From Octopus sinensis (taxonomy: Eukaryota): a stretch of 64,000 bases of DNA. Below the pieces are notes generated by a model, which did not search any database, was not told the DNA's origin, and worked only from the letters and a program-made list of their open reading frames with translations. A program made the position numbers and the translations under genes. Position 1 is the first letter of the stretch. Every line of letters starts with the position of its first letter. The stretch spans positions 20,770,001 to 20,834,000 of the forward strand of contig NC_043015.1 of the NCBI RefSeq assembly GCF_006345805.1, in the 5' to 3' direction. Below, in pieces: positions 1-13,508 of the stretch.

Positions 1-417
1 TATATATCTTAAAGACAAACATTACCTTAATATATCTGCATTGAGGTTTATTTAAAAGTGTCTGTCTACATATCATTGTATTACTTTACATTGCTGTAAG
101 CTATTCTTCCATGGAGCTATTTGTTACAATTTCCTAACACAGTACTTTCTTCATATATTTTAAGAAACGCTAATGTACCTTTACTCACACGAACGCATAT
201 GTATACATAAATATATACACAGAAGTGTAGTTTGTGTGTATGTATATATATATATATATATATATTTATAACTCAGCATTTCACGTTCTCCTTCGTCGGA
301 GAGTCGTGAGGGAAAACCGAATCCAATTTGTGATGGTAAATGTAATATAGTGTGATGTAGTTCAAATGATCAACCTTGTTTTGCATTTGTTTTCTTGCTC
401 GACTGCGCGCGTGTGTG

Positions 418-457
<40 letters not shown>

Positions 458-469
458 CTATCTATAATA

Positions 470-514
<45 letters not shown>

Positions 515-519
515 CTCTT

Positions 520-578
<59 letters not shown>
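418..578. repeat. (TCTA)n microsatellite
   Basis: Directly visible tetranucleotide run. Similar runs at about 9076-9226, 35907-36001, 38908-38991 and 45090-45177. Confidence 0.95.
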
Positions 579-933
579 CCTTGTCTGTCTGCCTATAAAT
601 GTTACACACACTATATATATTGTGCGTGCATATATATATATGCGTGTAATATGCATACGTTCATATATATGTAAGTTTCAAAAAAGTGAGCAGAGACACG
701 TCAAAGGAACAAAAGGAAAATTGATGCTGGAGACATGGACATGCTCTTTCCTCAGCAATTAACGTTAAAAAATCATTATAACGTCACATTTTTAACGATA
801 ATATTGTTCGTTTTTTTGTGACGTCAATGGCAAAAAACATGCTGGGAATGATGAACGAACGTGGAGGATAGTGCCGAAAACACAGGATATATATATATAT
901 ATCTATATACATATATACATACATACATATATT

Positions 934-965
<32 letters not shown>

Positions 966-1022
966 TGTATGTATGTATGTATGTATCTATCTATGTATGT
1001 ATGTATGTATGTATGTATGTAT

Positions 1023-1175
1023 AGGAATCGCTGTGGTAAGTAGCTTGCTTATCAACCACATGGATCCGGGTTCATTCCCATTGCGTGGCACCTTGGGCAA
1101 GTGTCTTCTACTGTAGTCTCGGGCCGACCAAAGCCTTGTGAGTGGATATGGTAACGGAAACTGAAAAAGCCTATC
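1023..1175 (+). mobile_element. tRNA-derived CORE-type SINE, family A, 5' part (octopus OR-like)
   Basis: A-box-like TGGTAAG, B-box-like GGTTCATTCC, then CACCTTGGGCAAGTGTCTT resembling the CORE domain (MIR GACCTTGGGCAAGT). The same sequence recurs many times in the window. Confidence 0.85.
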
Positions 1176-1199
1176 ATACAAATATATATATATATACTT

Positions 1200-1371
1200 T
1201 TTACTCTCTTACTTGTTTCAGTCATTTGACTGCGGCTATGCTGGAGCACCGCCTTTAGTCGGCCCAAGACTATCGTAGAAGACACTTGCCCAGGGTGATA
1301 CGCAACGGGACTGAACCCGGAAACATGGGGTTGGTAAGCAAGCTACTTATCACACAGTTACTCCTGCGCCT
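1200..1371 (-). mobile_element. SINE family A, internally deleted copy (head+CORE joined directly to the 3' tail)
   Basis: 1261-1371 is the reverse complement of the head/CORE. 1200-1260 is the family A tail (ttgtttcagtcatttgactgcggctatgctggagcaccgcctttagtc). The middle present in the copy at 29656-29992 is missing. Confidence 0.85.
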
Positions 1372-1620
1372 GTTTATACACACCATAAACATTTATACAT
1401 ATACAAGCGAACAATTCGTTCTAAGTATTAACCGAAACATCTCCATGGAAATATCAATTTCCGAGTCCACGTGATGTACAAAATGCACCAAGTTGCAAAA
1501 TGATGCCATTGTTACTGTAGAGAGTTCCAGAAACGTAAAAGAGACTTATATGTAAACTACAAACTGAGAAACGAATATTCGATCCAGTTATATACATATC
1601 TTAGTATATACATACATACA

Positions 1621-1666
<46 letters not shown>

Positions 1667-1721
1667 ATATATATATATGTAAATTGATATGTAGATATAG
1701 ATATATAGATAGAGGGGGGCA

Positions 1722-1855
1722 GGTGTGGTTCTGTACCTGCAGGTTCAGTTATAAAGTGCGGTGCTTTGGGCAAGTTTCGTTTACTATATGTTACGGACCG
1801 ATCGATAATTGGTGAGTGATTTTAGTATACGGAAACTGTGTAGAAGTCAATCATA
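1722..1855 (+). mobile_element. SINE family A, degenerate 5' part
   Basis: ggttcagtt...gctttgggcaagtttc...tacggaaactgtgtagaag aligns loosely to the other copies. Confidence 0.55.
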
Positions 1856-1927
1856 TAAATGGATGTAGAAACGTGTGTGCGTGTGTATAAACTTATTCAT
1901 ACATACATACATACATACATACATACA

Positions 1928-1974
<47 letters not shown>

Positions 1975-2231
1975 GTATGTATACATAAACATAGATATAT
2001 ATATATATATTTACAGATTATTATCTATATCTATTCATACACACGGAGACTCACACACACACACGCGCATACACCACACATATATAAGAGCATATATGTG
2101 CATAAAGTCTACATTTTATTTTCGTTGATATATACACGCCTTTTTAAACGCAAACATATCTATCTATCTACTGTCGCTATATGTATATATATATATATAT
2201 ATATGTGTTGTGTGTATATATATGTATGTTG

Positions 2232-2284
<53 letters not shown>

Positions 2285-2667
2285 AGAGTGAGAGAGGGTG
2301 ACGAGAGAGAAAGAGAGGGAGAGGGGTGAGGAAGATCGAAGAATGTAGTGAAGCGTATAGACACAAGCACCGCTTTCTTCAAATGTTTCACTTTTACCGA
2401 AGCAATGATGCTCACAGTTGCACGATGACTCTTGGCCAATGTGACACTTGCCTGGCACTATATGCTCAACATTCTTCAACAACTTTTCGCCGATCGATAA
2501 AATTGATATTCCATGTGTTTTCTTCTTGACTTGCCGGGTGAATATTACATCACTTTTGCATTTATCGACGTTCATTTGAGTCTCATTACCATGTAGGTAA
2601 ATACACACAGGTGTTTTTGTGTGTTTAAATCTAACGTTAGTAAGACACACTCTGATGTATCTTAAAC

Positions 2668-2993
2668 TGTTTCAGTCACTACAATGCGGCCATGCTGGGA
2701 CACTGCCTTGAAATTTTAGCTGAAGGAATCAACCCTAGTTCATTGGTACTTATTCTATCGGTCTTGTTTGCCGGACCGCTAAGTTACGGCGATGTGAACA
2801 CGAACACTGGTTGTCCGACGGTGTCAAGCGGTAGTGGAGACAAACACAGTCAGAAAGACATGCTCAGACACAAGCGCTCGCACACACACGCTCACACATA
2901 CACACACATGACGGGTTTCTTTTAGTTCACAAGGTGTTGGTCACCTTGAGGGTACTGTGGAAGTCACATGCCCAAGGGACCATGCAGTGGACT
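2668..2993 (-). mobile_element. SINE family A, lacking the tRNA head
   Basis: Tail tgtttcagtca...gcggccatgctgg...gtacttattctatcggtc...ccgctaagttacgg, CA tract, then CORE remnant acatgcccaagggaccatgcagtggact. Confidence 0.8.
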
Positions 2994-3336
2994 CGCGGTC
3001 GTAGGGTCGCGGTTTCGATTCGCACACCAAGCGTTGTGAGTGTTTATTAAGCGAAAACACGTAAATCTCCACGAGGTGCCGGCAGGGGGTGGTGGCGAAC
3101 CCTACTTTATTCTTTCACCACAACTTTCTCTAGCTCTTTTTTCCTGTTTCTGATGTATCTTTATTTCAAAGGGCCAGACTTGTCATACTCTGTCTCATGC
3201 TGAATATCCCCGAGAACTATGTTAAGTGTACACGTATCTGTGGAATGCTCAGCCACTTCTATGTTCATTTCACGTGCAGGCTGTTCCGTTGATCGGATCA
3301 TCTGGAACCCTCGTCATCGTAACCGACGGAGAGCCA
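2989..3336 (+). mobile_element. tRNA-derived SINE, family B variant 1
   Basis: B-box-like ggtttcgattcgc. The 3' tail gagaactatgttaag...gctcagccactt...caggctgttccgttgatcggatca.ctggaaccctcgtc is shared with 3345-3645 and 43768-44055. Confidence 0.8.
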
Positions 3337-3344
3337 CGATTTGC

Positions 3345-3645
3345 CATGGTATTCGGCTCATGGTCGTAAGGTCATTAGTTCGATTCACGGCGGGACGTTG
3401 TGGTCTTGATTAAGACACTTCGCGTTGCTGCAGTCCACTCAGCTGGCAAATATGAGTTGCAAATATAATTCATAGGACCAGCTACGATACATTTTGTGTC
3501 ACGTTGAATCTGCTCTGAGAACTACGTTGAGGGCCCTCCTGTCTGTGGAATGCTCAGCTACTTGCATGTAAATTTCACGAATAGGCTGTTCTGTTCACTG
3601 GATCAGCTGGAACCCACGACGTCATCACTGATAACGGGACATCAC
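3345..3645 (+). mobile_element. tRNA-derived SINE, family B variant 2 (CORE-like body)
   Basis: B-box agttcgattcac, CORE-like gtggtcttgattaagacactt...cagtccactcagctggcaaatatgag, and the same 3' tail as the preceding copy. Confidence 0.75.
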
Positions 3646-3704
3646 TTTTTACAAAACCTATGTTTATGTATGTATCTGTCTATCTCTCAATACATATATA
3701 TATA

Positions 3705-3737
<33 letters not shown>

Positions 3738-3747
3738 GTGTGTGTGT

Positions 3748-3798
<51 letters not shown>

Positions 3799-4386
3799 TT
3801 GTGTGTTTCAATCACAAATCTCTACATAGAAGGACAGAAATGTATGATTATATACCTATGCTTATTCCTATAACAAAACACGCATACGTAATCAGATACG
3901 TTTGTGTATGTGCTTGGCTGTCTGTGTATATTTAATGTGTATCTACGTATAATTATCTACACACATGTAGGCAGACGCACACTGCTCACTCATTGCCACA
4001 CAATAAGCACGTATATATTTAATAAAGACAGAACTATCACATATCAATTTCACTTGGCAGCTGATCACATATTTTCTAGTTATGCTTCGATTAATTCTCC
4101 TGTAAACCCGTCATAAAATTTACACTCCACTGAACTTTATATTCCAATGAATGAACAGCCTCGGTCATATATGTGTCTTATATGGGCTGGGAAATTCCCT
4201 GAAAATTGAAACCGCTACATAGCCATTATGTTTATAGCGCTTTTGCTTTCAATTATGTTTACTTTATATCAATCATTTAGGTATATTTAATTAAATACTT
4301 TTGTTGTTGTGAGTTTGGTAAAGTACTTCTAATGTAAGACTAAACGAGGACGTGACCAACCATATGTGTGTGTAATATATATATAA

Positions 4387-4424
<38 letters not shown>

Positions 4425-5583
4425 CAACATATATACACATATACATATACATATACATATGTATGTATATATATATATATGTATATATAGATTGCATATA
4501 TATGTGTATATATATATATGTATATATATATGTATATACATATATATTATATATATATATATATGCAATATATATATATGTGTGTGTGTGTGTGTGTTTA
4601 TATATAATATATATATATATATATATGCACATATATCTGCGTATGAACACATGCATATATGTATGTGTGTATATGCATATGTGTGTGTGTGTGGGTGTAT
4701 GTGAGTGTGTGCCTGTCTGTGTGTATACGAATATACATACACATTCATTAGTAATTCGTTTGCCAAGTGTTCCAAATATCGTACAACAAGCAAGATACCT
4801 TACCATAATTTCATGAGCGAAGCCAACTTCAACAAGAGAGTAAGTTAATATATAAATCAACAAAAAAGATATTCTGCATTCATATGAACAATATTCCCCT
4901 AACACACATTTCGATACACAATGTTGTCTGGGAAACAGGGGTTAACGCTCGTAACAGGTGTCAACCAATGTATATCACCACCCTGGCTGATTACCTCGTT
5001 TGTCCTTAACGAAACAATCCTTCGTATTTGTAGTTAAGTATTTAAACGTAATTTACCTGGTGTTACTTTAATAAGGCTTTCTTCATATCCGGTCGCCAAG
5101 ATACACATCAGCGCCATTTTATCAAAGATTGCTCCATTAGAAATATGTGTCAAATATAGGTAAAATGAAAGGTTGCCGTAACAGGTCTGTAGGGATTTAA
5201 ACGGTGACCCTTAACATCCAGAGAGTTACAATAATTTGAACAACTTCAAAGAGGCTATTAATTCTATTGACCTTAATGGATCGTGTCGAGGATGAATCAA
5301 AAGTTGGAGAACACTTAATTAATAAAGATACATTTACGCCTACGGTAAGAAAGACAACACCCTTTCACATATGTACGCAATTATATATATATATGCATAG
5401 GGAATAATGCGTGTGTATGTGTGTACATGCAAATGTGTAGATACATACATTATATATGTATATGTTTATATATACATGCACATGCAAACGAGTGGATGTT
5501 TAAACATAAATAAATGCACACTCACACTTACCTACACATCGAAAAACGTGACGCATTGTGTGTGTATATATATATATATTATA

Positions 5584-5624
<41 letters not shown>

Positions 5625-5929
5625 ACGTATGTATACTTCCTGTGTAGAAATTCATTATCCCTCCTGTAAACATCAAACAGTGAATGATCAAAGGAAATAT
5701 TCCCCTTTGCGTTTAAATGTACGACATAACAGTGTTACAAGTTTTCTTCCTAACTAAGCGGTTCATAGTTCGATCCCACAGCGATGTATCTTGGCAAATT
5801 GCCTTCCACATAAGGCTCAAATTCTCAGTGTTGGGTGACTAATTTTATGAACATAGACAGTAAACAAGTTTGACGTTCAAATACATACATACATGCATAT
5901 ATATATATATATGTATAATATATATATAT

Positions 5930-5979
<50 letters not shown>

Positions 5980-5980
5980 T

Positions 5981-6014
<34 letters not shown>

Positions 6015-6034
6015 TCTATCTATCTATCTATCTA

Positions 6035-6088
<54 letters not shown>

Positions 6089-6464
6089 TTATCTATCTAT
6101 ACGGATGATTTATGATTCAACATAATAGTGTAAACGTTAAATATGCAAGTACTAATAATCGCGCGCGTGTGTGTGCGTGTAAATAAATATATATATACAT
6201 ATACATTTGGATTTTATAATTGTTTTGCAAGGTTCTTGATGTGAACACGAGTTTTGAAAAACAGATTTCGTTGCCTCTGGGGAGGTCCATTATGTTAAAA
6301 AACACACACACTGGTTCTATTTCACTTTTATTATAATTTCTCAATACGTTAGCATTTAAGCAAGTAACTCTTTGATTATTTTATTAATCTTTAGGCCAAT
6401 CAATCAATCAGTGAGGTTCGTCAAAACCCTTTTGTCGCCATTCGCGGTCTCATTAACGGAATGC

Positions 6465-6604
6465 TCTCTCTGCTTCCAGACAAGACACCAACTTATCTAG
6501 ATATAACCATATTCTCTCTCGCAGACAAGACACCTACGTATCTAGATACAACCATATTCTCTCTCGCAGACAAGACACCTACGTACCGAGATACAACCAT
6601 ATTC
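6465..6604. repeat. 45-bp minisatellite, 3 copies
   Basis: Unit ttctctctcgcagacaagacacctacgtatctagatacaaccata, with agacaag starting at 6478, 6523 and 6568. Confidence 0.95.
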
Positions 6605-7684
6605 TTTTTAGGAATATATCGAAGAACACATATAAAGCTCTAAATAATGGCATGTAAATATTAGGCTCAGAAAATAGGTAACATGGCGTGTGCGGACAAG
6701 ACGCAGAAATTACAAAGAGATGAACATAGACTAGTAAACTGACTACAGTGCAGTAGACTGCCCCCACTACTCTTTCGAATTGTGTAGCCCTCGCCCAGAA
6801 GAGCCCCCGAACAGCATTCCATCTGTTACTTTTCCTTTTTTGTGGTAACTACTGACAGGGGACTGCCAATGATAAACAGTATTCCTTTAAGCACAGTTTT
6901 GTCTGATTAGGTCTTAGCAAGGGCTAAATGCCAAATAACAGTAAATCAATATGAATAGCAATAACGACAACAACATAACTGACCTTCATAATGTGAACTT
7001 TTAAATAATAATGGTGCTGCATCAATGATGATCGTGTGTATGCTTGTGAAATGGCAGATGTAGATTTGAGAGAATGTAGGAGAGTCTGCGTTGTGTTTGC
7101 TCGCATTAAATGGTGAACGCTTCCGTTTAATATAACTGTGTTAAAGAGCATGTCACGCAAACTCATTCAAGAAACCAACATTCACTAACCTCAAATGCAC
7201 TGAAGAATCGGTAGATACGCAACGAACGCTTGACTTACAAGAATGCAATTTCAATCGCGTGTCTGCTATGGGTGGTGGGAAGATTGTGTATGTGTGTGGT
7301 TTGTGTGTGTGAGACGGAGAGAGAGAGAGAGAGACGGGGGTGTGCGAACGTGTGAGTGTGTGTGAGTGTGACGTGTGAGCGTGGCATGACTTGTGTTGTG
7401 ATTTACTAATGATGCGTATGATTAAAGATTTAAATAGATCCAGGTTGAAATGTCGGTTGTGTGTGAGTGCACATACATACATACACACTCACGCACAGAC
7501 ACAAATATATACACATATATACATACATAGTGAGGAATTAACAGGCAGCACTTTACACGTTAGTATATACTCACATGCGTAATGTATTTATAACAGAAAA
7601 AATCAACAACCAATTTGCACACTAGCATGTACTAACAATCGCGCGCTGGCGCGCGCGAGTGCCTGCGTGTGTGCGTGTCTATGG

Positions 7685-7741
<57 letters not shown>

Positions 7742-8421
7742 AACGCCTAATAAACATAATCAAACAGCAAACGGACATATACGCGTAGACACAAAATGGC
7801 GCACACAATTACGCCTGCATAAATATACAAATAGAAAGAATAACCCTTCCTCTCACCATCACTACAGCATATATACCGACGCACATAAGTGTGTCTGAGT
7901 AGACTGTAGAACTCGGACTACAATTGCATCTTAATTAAAGCATTGTCGCTACGGTTTATTGATTATTCTCATTAAATTCAACACATCAATATATGTACAA
8001 ACACCACCTCTCTCTCTCGCACTATATATATATATATATATACTATATATATATAATATTATATATATATATATATGTATATATATGCACAGACACACAC
8101 ACATATACATAATACATACATGCACAACGTGGAGTCAAATAACTACAGGCATTCACACTGACAGAGTCACGCAGCTCGGCATCCAGTCACTCGTTCAAAG
8201 CTCTCATAACATTCCAGACGTAAATTTATACGTAGACAAGACACCTACGTACCTAGATACAACCATACATACATACATACATACATACATACATACGTAC
8301 ATACATACATACATACATACATAAATAAATAAATAAATAAATACATAGATACATACATACATACATACATACATACATACATACATGCATACATACATAC
8401 ATACATACATATATATATATA

Positions 8422-8452
<31 letters not shown>

Positions 8453-8816
8453 CCACACAAGCATAGGCCGACATAACCTAAAAAGAATATGGGTACACTC
8501 AAATAACTACACATACACACACGCATACACACTCAAAGAACTATACAGACCCCCCCCCGACACACATCCAAATAAATATCAACCTCCATTCAAACGCATT
8601 TAAGTGTCGATGCCCTTAGTTTCAATTCACCGATAGCAACGACAATTTCAGTGAAAGAAATTGGCTTCGTTTCTACGGATGGTCGGTGTGTCTGTCTGTC
8701 TGTGTCAGTCTTCATATCTTTCTTTCTATCCACTTATATTTTACCTACCTCTCTATCTACACGTGTGCAGATGATTACATCCCATCACAGAATCATGCTC
8801 TCTCTCTTTCTCTGCG

Positions 8817-8873
<57 letters not shown>

Positions 8874-9074
8874 CACGCACAAACACATACGTACACACAT
8901 TATAGTTGAGACAGAAGGAGAGAGAGAGAAGAGATTAGGAGAGTGGGTTAAATATACAGATTGTTTATTTATCTATTTGACTAAGTTTATGAAAGATTAT
9001 CTGTGTCGACACCTTATCGAATTATGCTTATAATACAAGTGTATATAGGTATATTTATATTGGTATGATTACCT

Positions 9075-9155
<81 letters not shown>

Positions 9156-9191
9156 AATCTATCTATCTATCTATCTATCTATCTATTTATT

Positions 9192-9226
<35 letters not shown>

Positions 9227-9893
9227 GTCTTACAGTACAGCAATCTGCTTGTCTACGTTACTCTACGAAGTGATCTGCACTGACTACAATGGTGAAGACA
9301 CAGATAACAAGGCAGGCACACAAGAGAGATGAAACAACAAGAATTAGAGACCAACAGACGCACAGACGCATACAGAAAAGTTATACAAAAGCAATAAAGT
9401 AAAACCGATAGTCAAAAAGACATAGAAAAACTGAAGATTGAAGAAGGAGACAGCAGGAATGTCATGAATAATTTGTACATCATTGTTCTTGCATTATTAT
9501 TTTTTGATTTTTATGTTTTGAACCAATTTCTTTTTATGGTATTGTTCGTGGTGTCTTACTCCGTAGAACTGTTCAGTTGTTTTGTTTTCTTATTTTTTAC
9601 TGCTGGATCCTCAAAGACTAAAGTATAACACGAAGAACTCTACGATTCAATTTCTGATTCACTAGCACGTACTAAAAGAAATATGTTAATTAAATATATA
9701 CAAAATTAAACTCACGCACGGCTATAAGTATGCACACACACACACACATTCACACACATACTCACACACACGTATGTTTGTATATACTTGTGTCCATATA
9801 TATGTGTGTGTGTGTGCTTCATTTTGCATATGTCAATTATGAAATTGAAACCCTAAAGCGTGCATGTATATGTGTTTACATAATATCTATATG

Positions 9894-9993
<100 letters not shown>

Positions 9994-10558
9994 CGGGCTA
10001 AAACATTTTAAGGATTTAAGGATATATGTATATAATATATATATTATACATAATATATATGCATATATATAATATTATATAAAGTATAATATATATTATA
10101 CATAATATATATATTATTCATAATAAATAAATATATAAATGTGTGTGTGTGTGATTCAAGTGAGGGTAGATGAGTATATACATGTAGGCGCATGTACGTG
10201 AGTGTATGGGCGTGCATATGTATGTATGGAGATGCGCGCTTACGCGATTACTGTGAACATTTTTACTCCCTTAACTTTATTCGCTCCCCTTACTTAGCGG
10301 TCATTCTAATAGCTCTTTTGTCTTAATAACGTTCCATCACACAGTAATTTCCCTTTGTTTTAACGGTCATTTTCATTGCATTTTTCTCGATGGCCCGATA
10401 ACTGAAGAGATGCCGTGGGTTTCCGCCCCTACATCCGAAACTCAGAGTTTTATTATGGCTACTGAATAATTGTCAGATGTTATATTTACAGATAAATTCC
10501 TCTGTTTACATAATATCGAGGTCTCTTTCATTCTTTTGTTGTCTTACCTTTTCTATCA

Positions 10559-10612
<54 letters not shown>

Positions 10613-10619
10613 TACTGGT

Positions 10620-10830
10620 TTTTGGATTGATTCGGCAAATACCTTCTTCTATAGCCCCGGGCCAACCAATGTGTTTTGAGTAAAGTTTGCGAATGGAAAT
10701 TGATCGGAAGCGCGTTGTATGTGTGTGCCTGCGTATATGTGTCCCCTGCACCGTTTGAAATCCGGGGTTTGTTTACGCCCCCGTAAGTTATCAATTCGTT
10801 TGCATAGGCCAAGAGAATAACAAATTAATG
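10620..10830 (+). mobile_element. SINE family A, degenerate
   Basis: cttctatagccccgggccaacc...ggaaattg...gtttacgcccccgtaagtta matches the family A body. Confidence 0.55.
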
Positions 10831-10983
10831 AAATATAAATTCTATGTTTAATTTGTTCGACTAAACAGTTCAAGAGGGTGCCCCATTGTGGCCGCAGTCC
10901 AATCAATGTAAAATGTAAAAGACATATTATATTTCGTTTTGGGATTTGGATTTCAAGATTCTTTATGTGTTGAAGCAGATTCT

Positions 10984-11215
10984 GTTGTGACTGGGGAGAG
11001 TCATTCTCTTTTGGTGCCTTATAATTTAACACATTCACCGGTAAAAGTTCCACTTATTTCGTTCTATATTTTTCTAAAATTTTCGTTGCGTCTGGCAACC
11101 TTTTCAATAGTTTTGAGTGAAAACTATTGAAAAGAAATTTTACTGGTGGAAATTTTACCGATGAGTGTGTTAAATTATAAGGCACCAAAATAGAATGAAA
11201 CTCCCCAGACACAAC
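10984..11215. mobile_element. MITE-like foldback, 232 bp, 70-bp terminal inverted repeats
   Basis: 10984-11053 vs 11146-11215 are reverse complements with about 7 mismatches. Inner perfect 15-bp hairpin at 11100-11134. No clear TSD. Confidence 0.75.
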
Positions 11216-11789
11216 TACATACATTAAAATTATAGCGATATATAGAGATAGAAATTATTTGCTCTAAATTGCAAGACTGAACAACCACTGAGCAGTACAA
11301 CATGTTTAATATACTCTGTGCAGTGTTCAACGAATGTGTCCTATTCACTGCGCAATGCACAATGATGTAGAGAATTTCCTACTGAAAATGTTTGCTTGCT
11401 ATATATATATATATATATGCTGCTGAAAATGTAGATTACTTGACCAATATCGTTTCGGAGAATCTTGAATTCTGAGTGTCTGCAGTTTGTTTTTTCATGT
11501 TGTTGATCTTGTTTATGTTCAGTTGAGCGAGGTTAACCTTGAGAGAGTAGTCTTATGATCAAACGCATTACGTTCTGCGTTATTTGTTAAGGTTATCCTG
11601 GAGTACATTATTTTGTTTATACATTCCTGTTCAATGTTTTAAGTCGGTAGTATGTGAACTGAGATGGTTTGGCTGCTTACACAAGCACAACACCCGATGG
11701 AATGCACCCTCACACTTACATACAAAGACACACGCGTAGCAGAACATACATTAAAGTTAATGAACAATAAAAAAATAAAAAGATAAGTG

Positions 11790-11837
<48 letters not shown>

Positions 11838-11851
11838 GATATATTATTTCC

Positions 11852-12490
11852 AAGGCTGTGAGCTGGCCTAATCTTTAGCACGCTGGGCAAAATGTTTATT
11901 TGCATTTCGCCTGTTTTTACGTTCAAATTCCACCGACGTCGACTTTGTCTTTCATCCTTCGGCTTCGACAAAATACCAGTCGAGTAATGGGGTCATTGTA
12001 ATCGACTATCGCCCCTGCCTTAAAATATCAGGACTTGTGCCTTTCGTATTATTATGATCAGCAAGGCTGCTACCTGACAGAATGTTTAGCCGGCCGAACG
12101 AAACGCTTAGCGGTATTTCTTCCGACTTAACGTTCTGTATTCAGATTCTGCCGAGGTCCAGTTTACCCTTCATTCTTGCGGGATTGATGAAATATGTAGC
12201 AGTCGATCACGGGATCGATGTAATCAACTAGCTTCAACACCCAAAATTTGATAGTAGAGAGAAACATTATCATATTAAAACGGAGTATTGGACGAATCGT
12301 TAACCCACGGAACAAAAGGCTAAAGGCATCTTTACGTCTTGTTTAAATATCGCCATGGTCAACTTTGCCTTTCGTTCTTTCAGACTCTACAAAATGACCA
12401 CTACCAAATAACTGGCGATCGATGAAATCGACTCAACACCCTCCACCCAAATCCTGGGCCATGTGCTTATAGTAGAAAATATTATTATCA
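11852..12490 (+). mobile_element. Three head-to-tail copies of tRNA-derived SINE family C (about 11852-12055, 12063-12276, 12277-12490)
   Basis: Each has an aaggc..agctgg-type head, a gttcaaattc-type B box, the ggtcgactttgcctttcatcctt-type body, gggtcgat..aatcgact, and an ATT-rich tail. All are diverged from one another. Confidence 0.8.
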
Positions 12491-12892
12491 TCGTCCTCAT
12501 TCAGCCTCTTGCCATTGACATGAGCTGGTCTTTCATCACGTGACCTTGTATATACAATTAAAACGTATATAGTTTCCATTATGTAATATTTCTTAACCTC
12601 TCTCTATGTGTCTCCAGGAATTAAGTTATCTCATGTGTCATTCTGGTAGTTCGAAGACACTGTGATCTCAATTCATTTACATTTGGCTGCTATTTTCAAC
12701 ACGTGGATTATTACAAAATCCTCGCCCTAACGTGTGTTCAATAGATGTTTTCGTCTATTGTTTTGTTTTTAAATTTCTTTGCATCCGTGTTTTTTAACTT
12801 CATCGTGTTATAGTATATTTTCTATATTTCGACTCTAGCCAAAATGTGTCGGGACTTGTGGCTAATAAAAATAACGGTATTAATAGGATGGG

Positions 12893-13508
<616 letters not shown>

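Noticed and set aside
270-306. Hammerhead-like remnant on the minus strand (CCGACGA-AGGAGAACGU-GAAA-UGCU-GAGU)
   Set aside because: Core mutated, helix II does not pair and there is no valid NUH site. Too degenerate to call.
819-826. CRE palindrome TGACGTCA (also at 33141-33148)
   Set aside because: About one to two 8-mers like this are expected by chance in 64 kb, and there is no promoter context.
1031-1085. SINE heads as tRNA genes
   Set aside because: They have A/B-box-like motifs but no cloverleaf, and they continue into SINE bodies.
2326-2650. Non-repetitive parts of ORFs 2177-2650 (-) and 39677-39928 (+) as exons
   Set aside because: No recognisable domain or convincing splice-site pair, and their length is inflated by adjoining microsatellites.
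6465-6604. 45-bp repeats as a CRISPR array
   Set aside because: Units are directly adjacent with no unique spacers, the context is eukaryotic, and there are no cas genes.
7620-9675. 15/16-nt match cactagca(t/c)gtactaa at 7620 and 9660; 18-bp CG palindrome at 7639-7656
   Set aside because: Matches this short are expected by chance in 64 kb or arise from (CG)n/(CA)n simple repeats.
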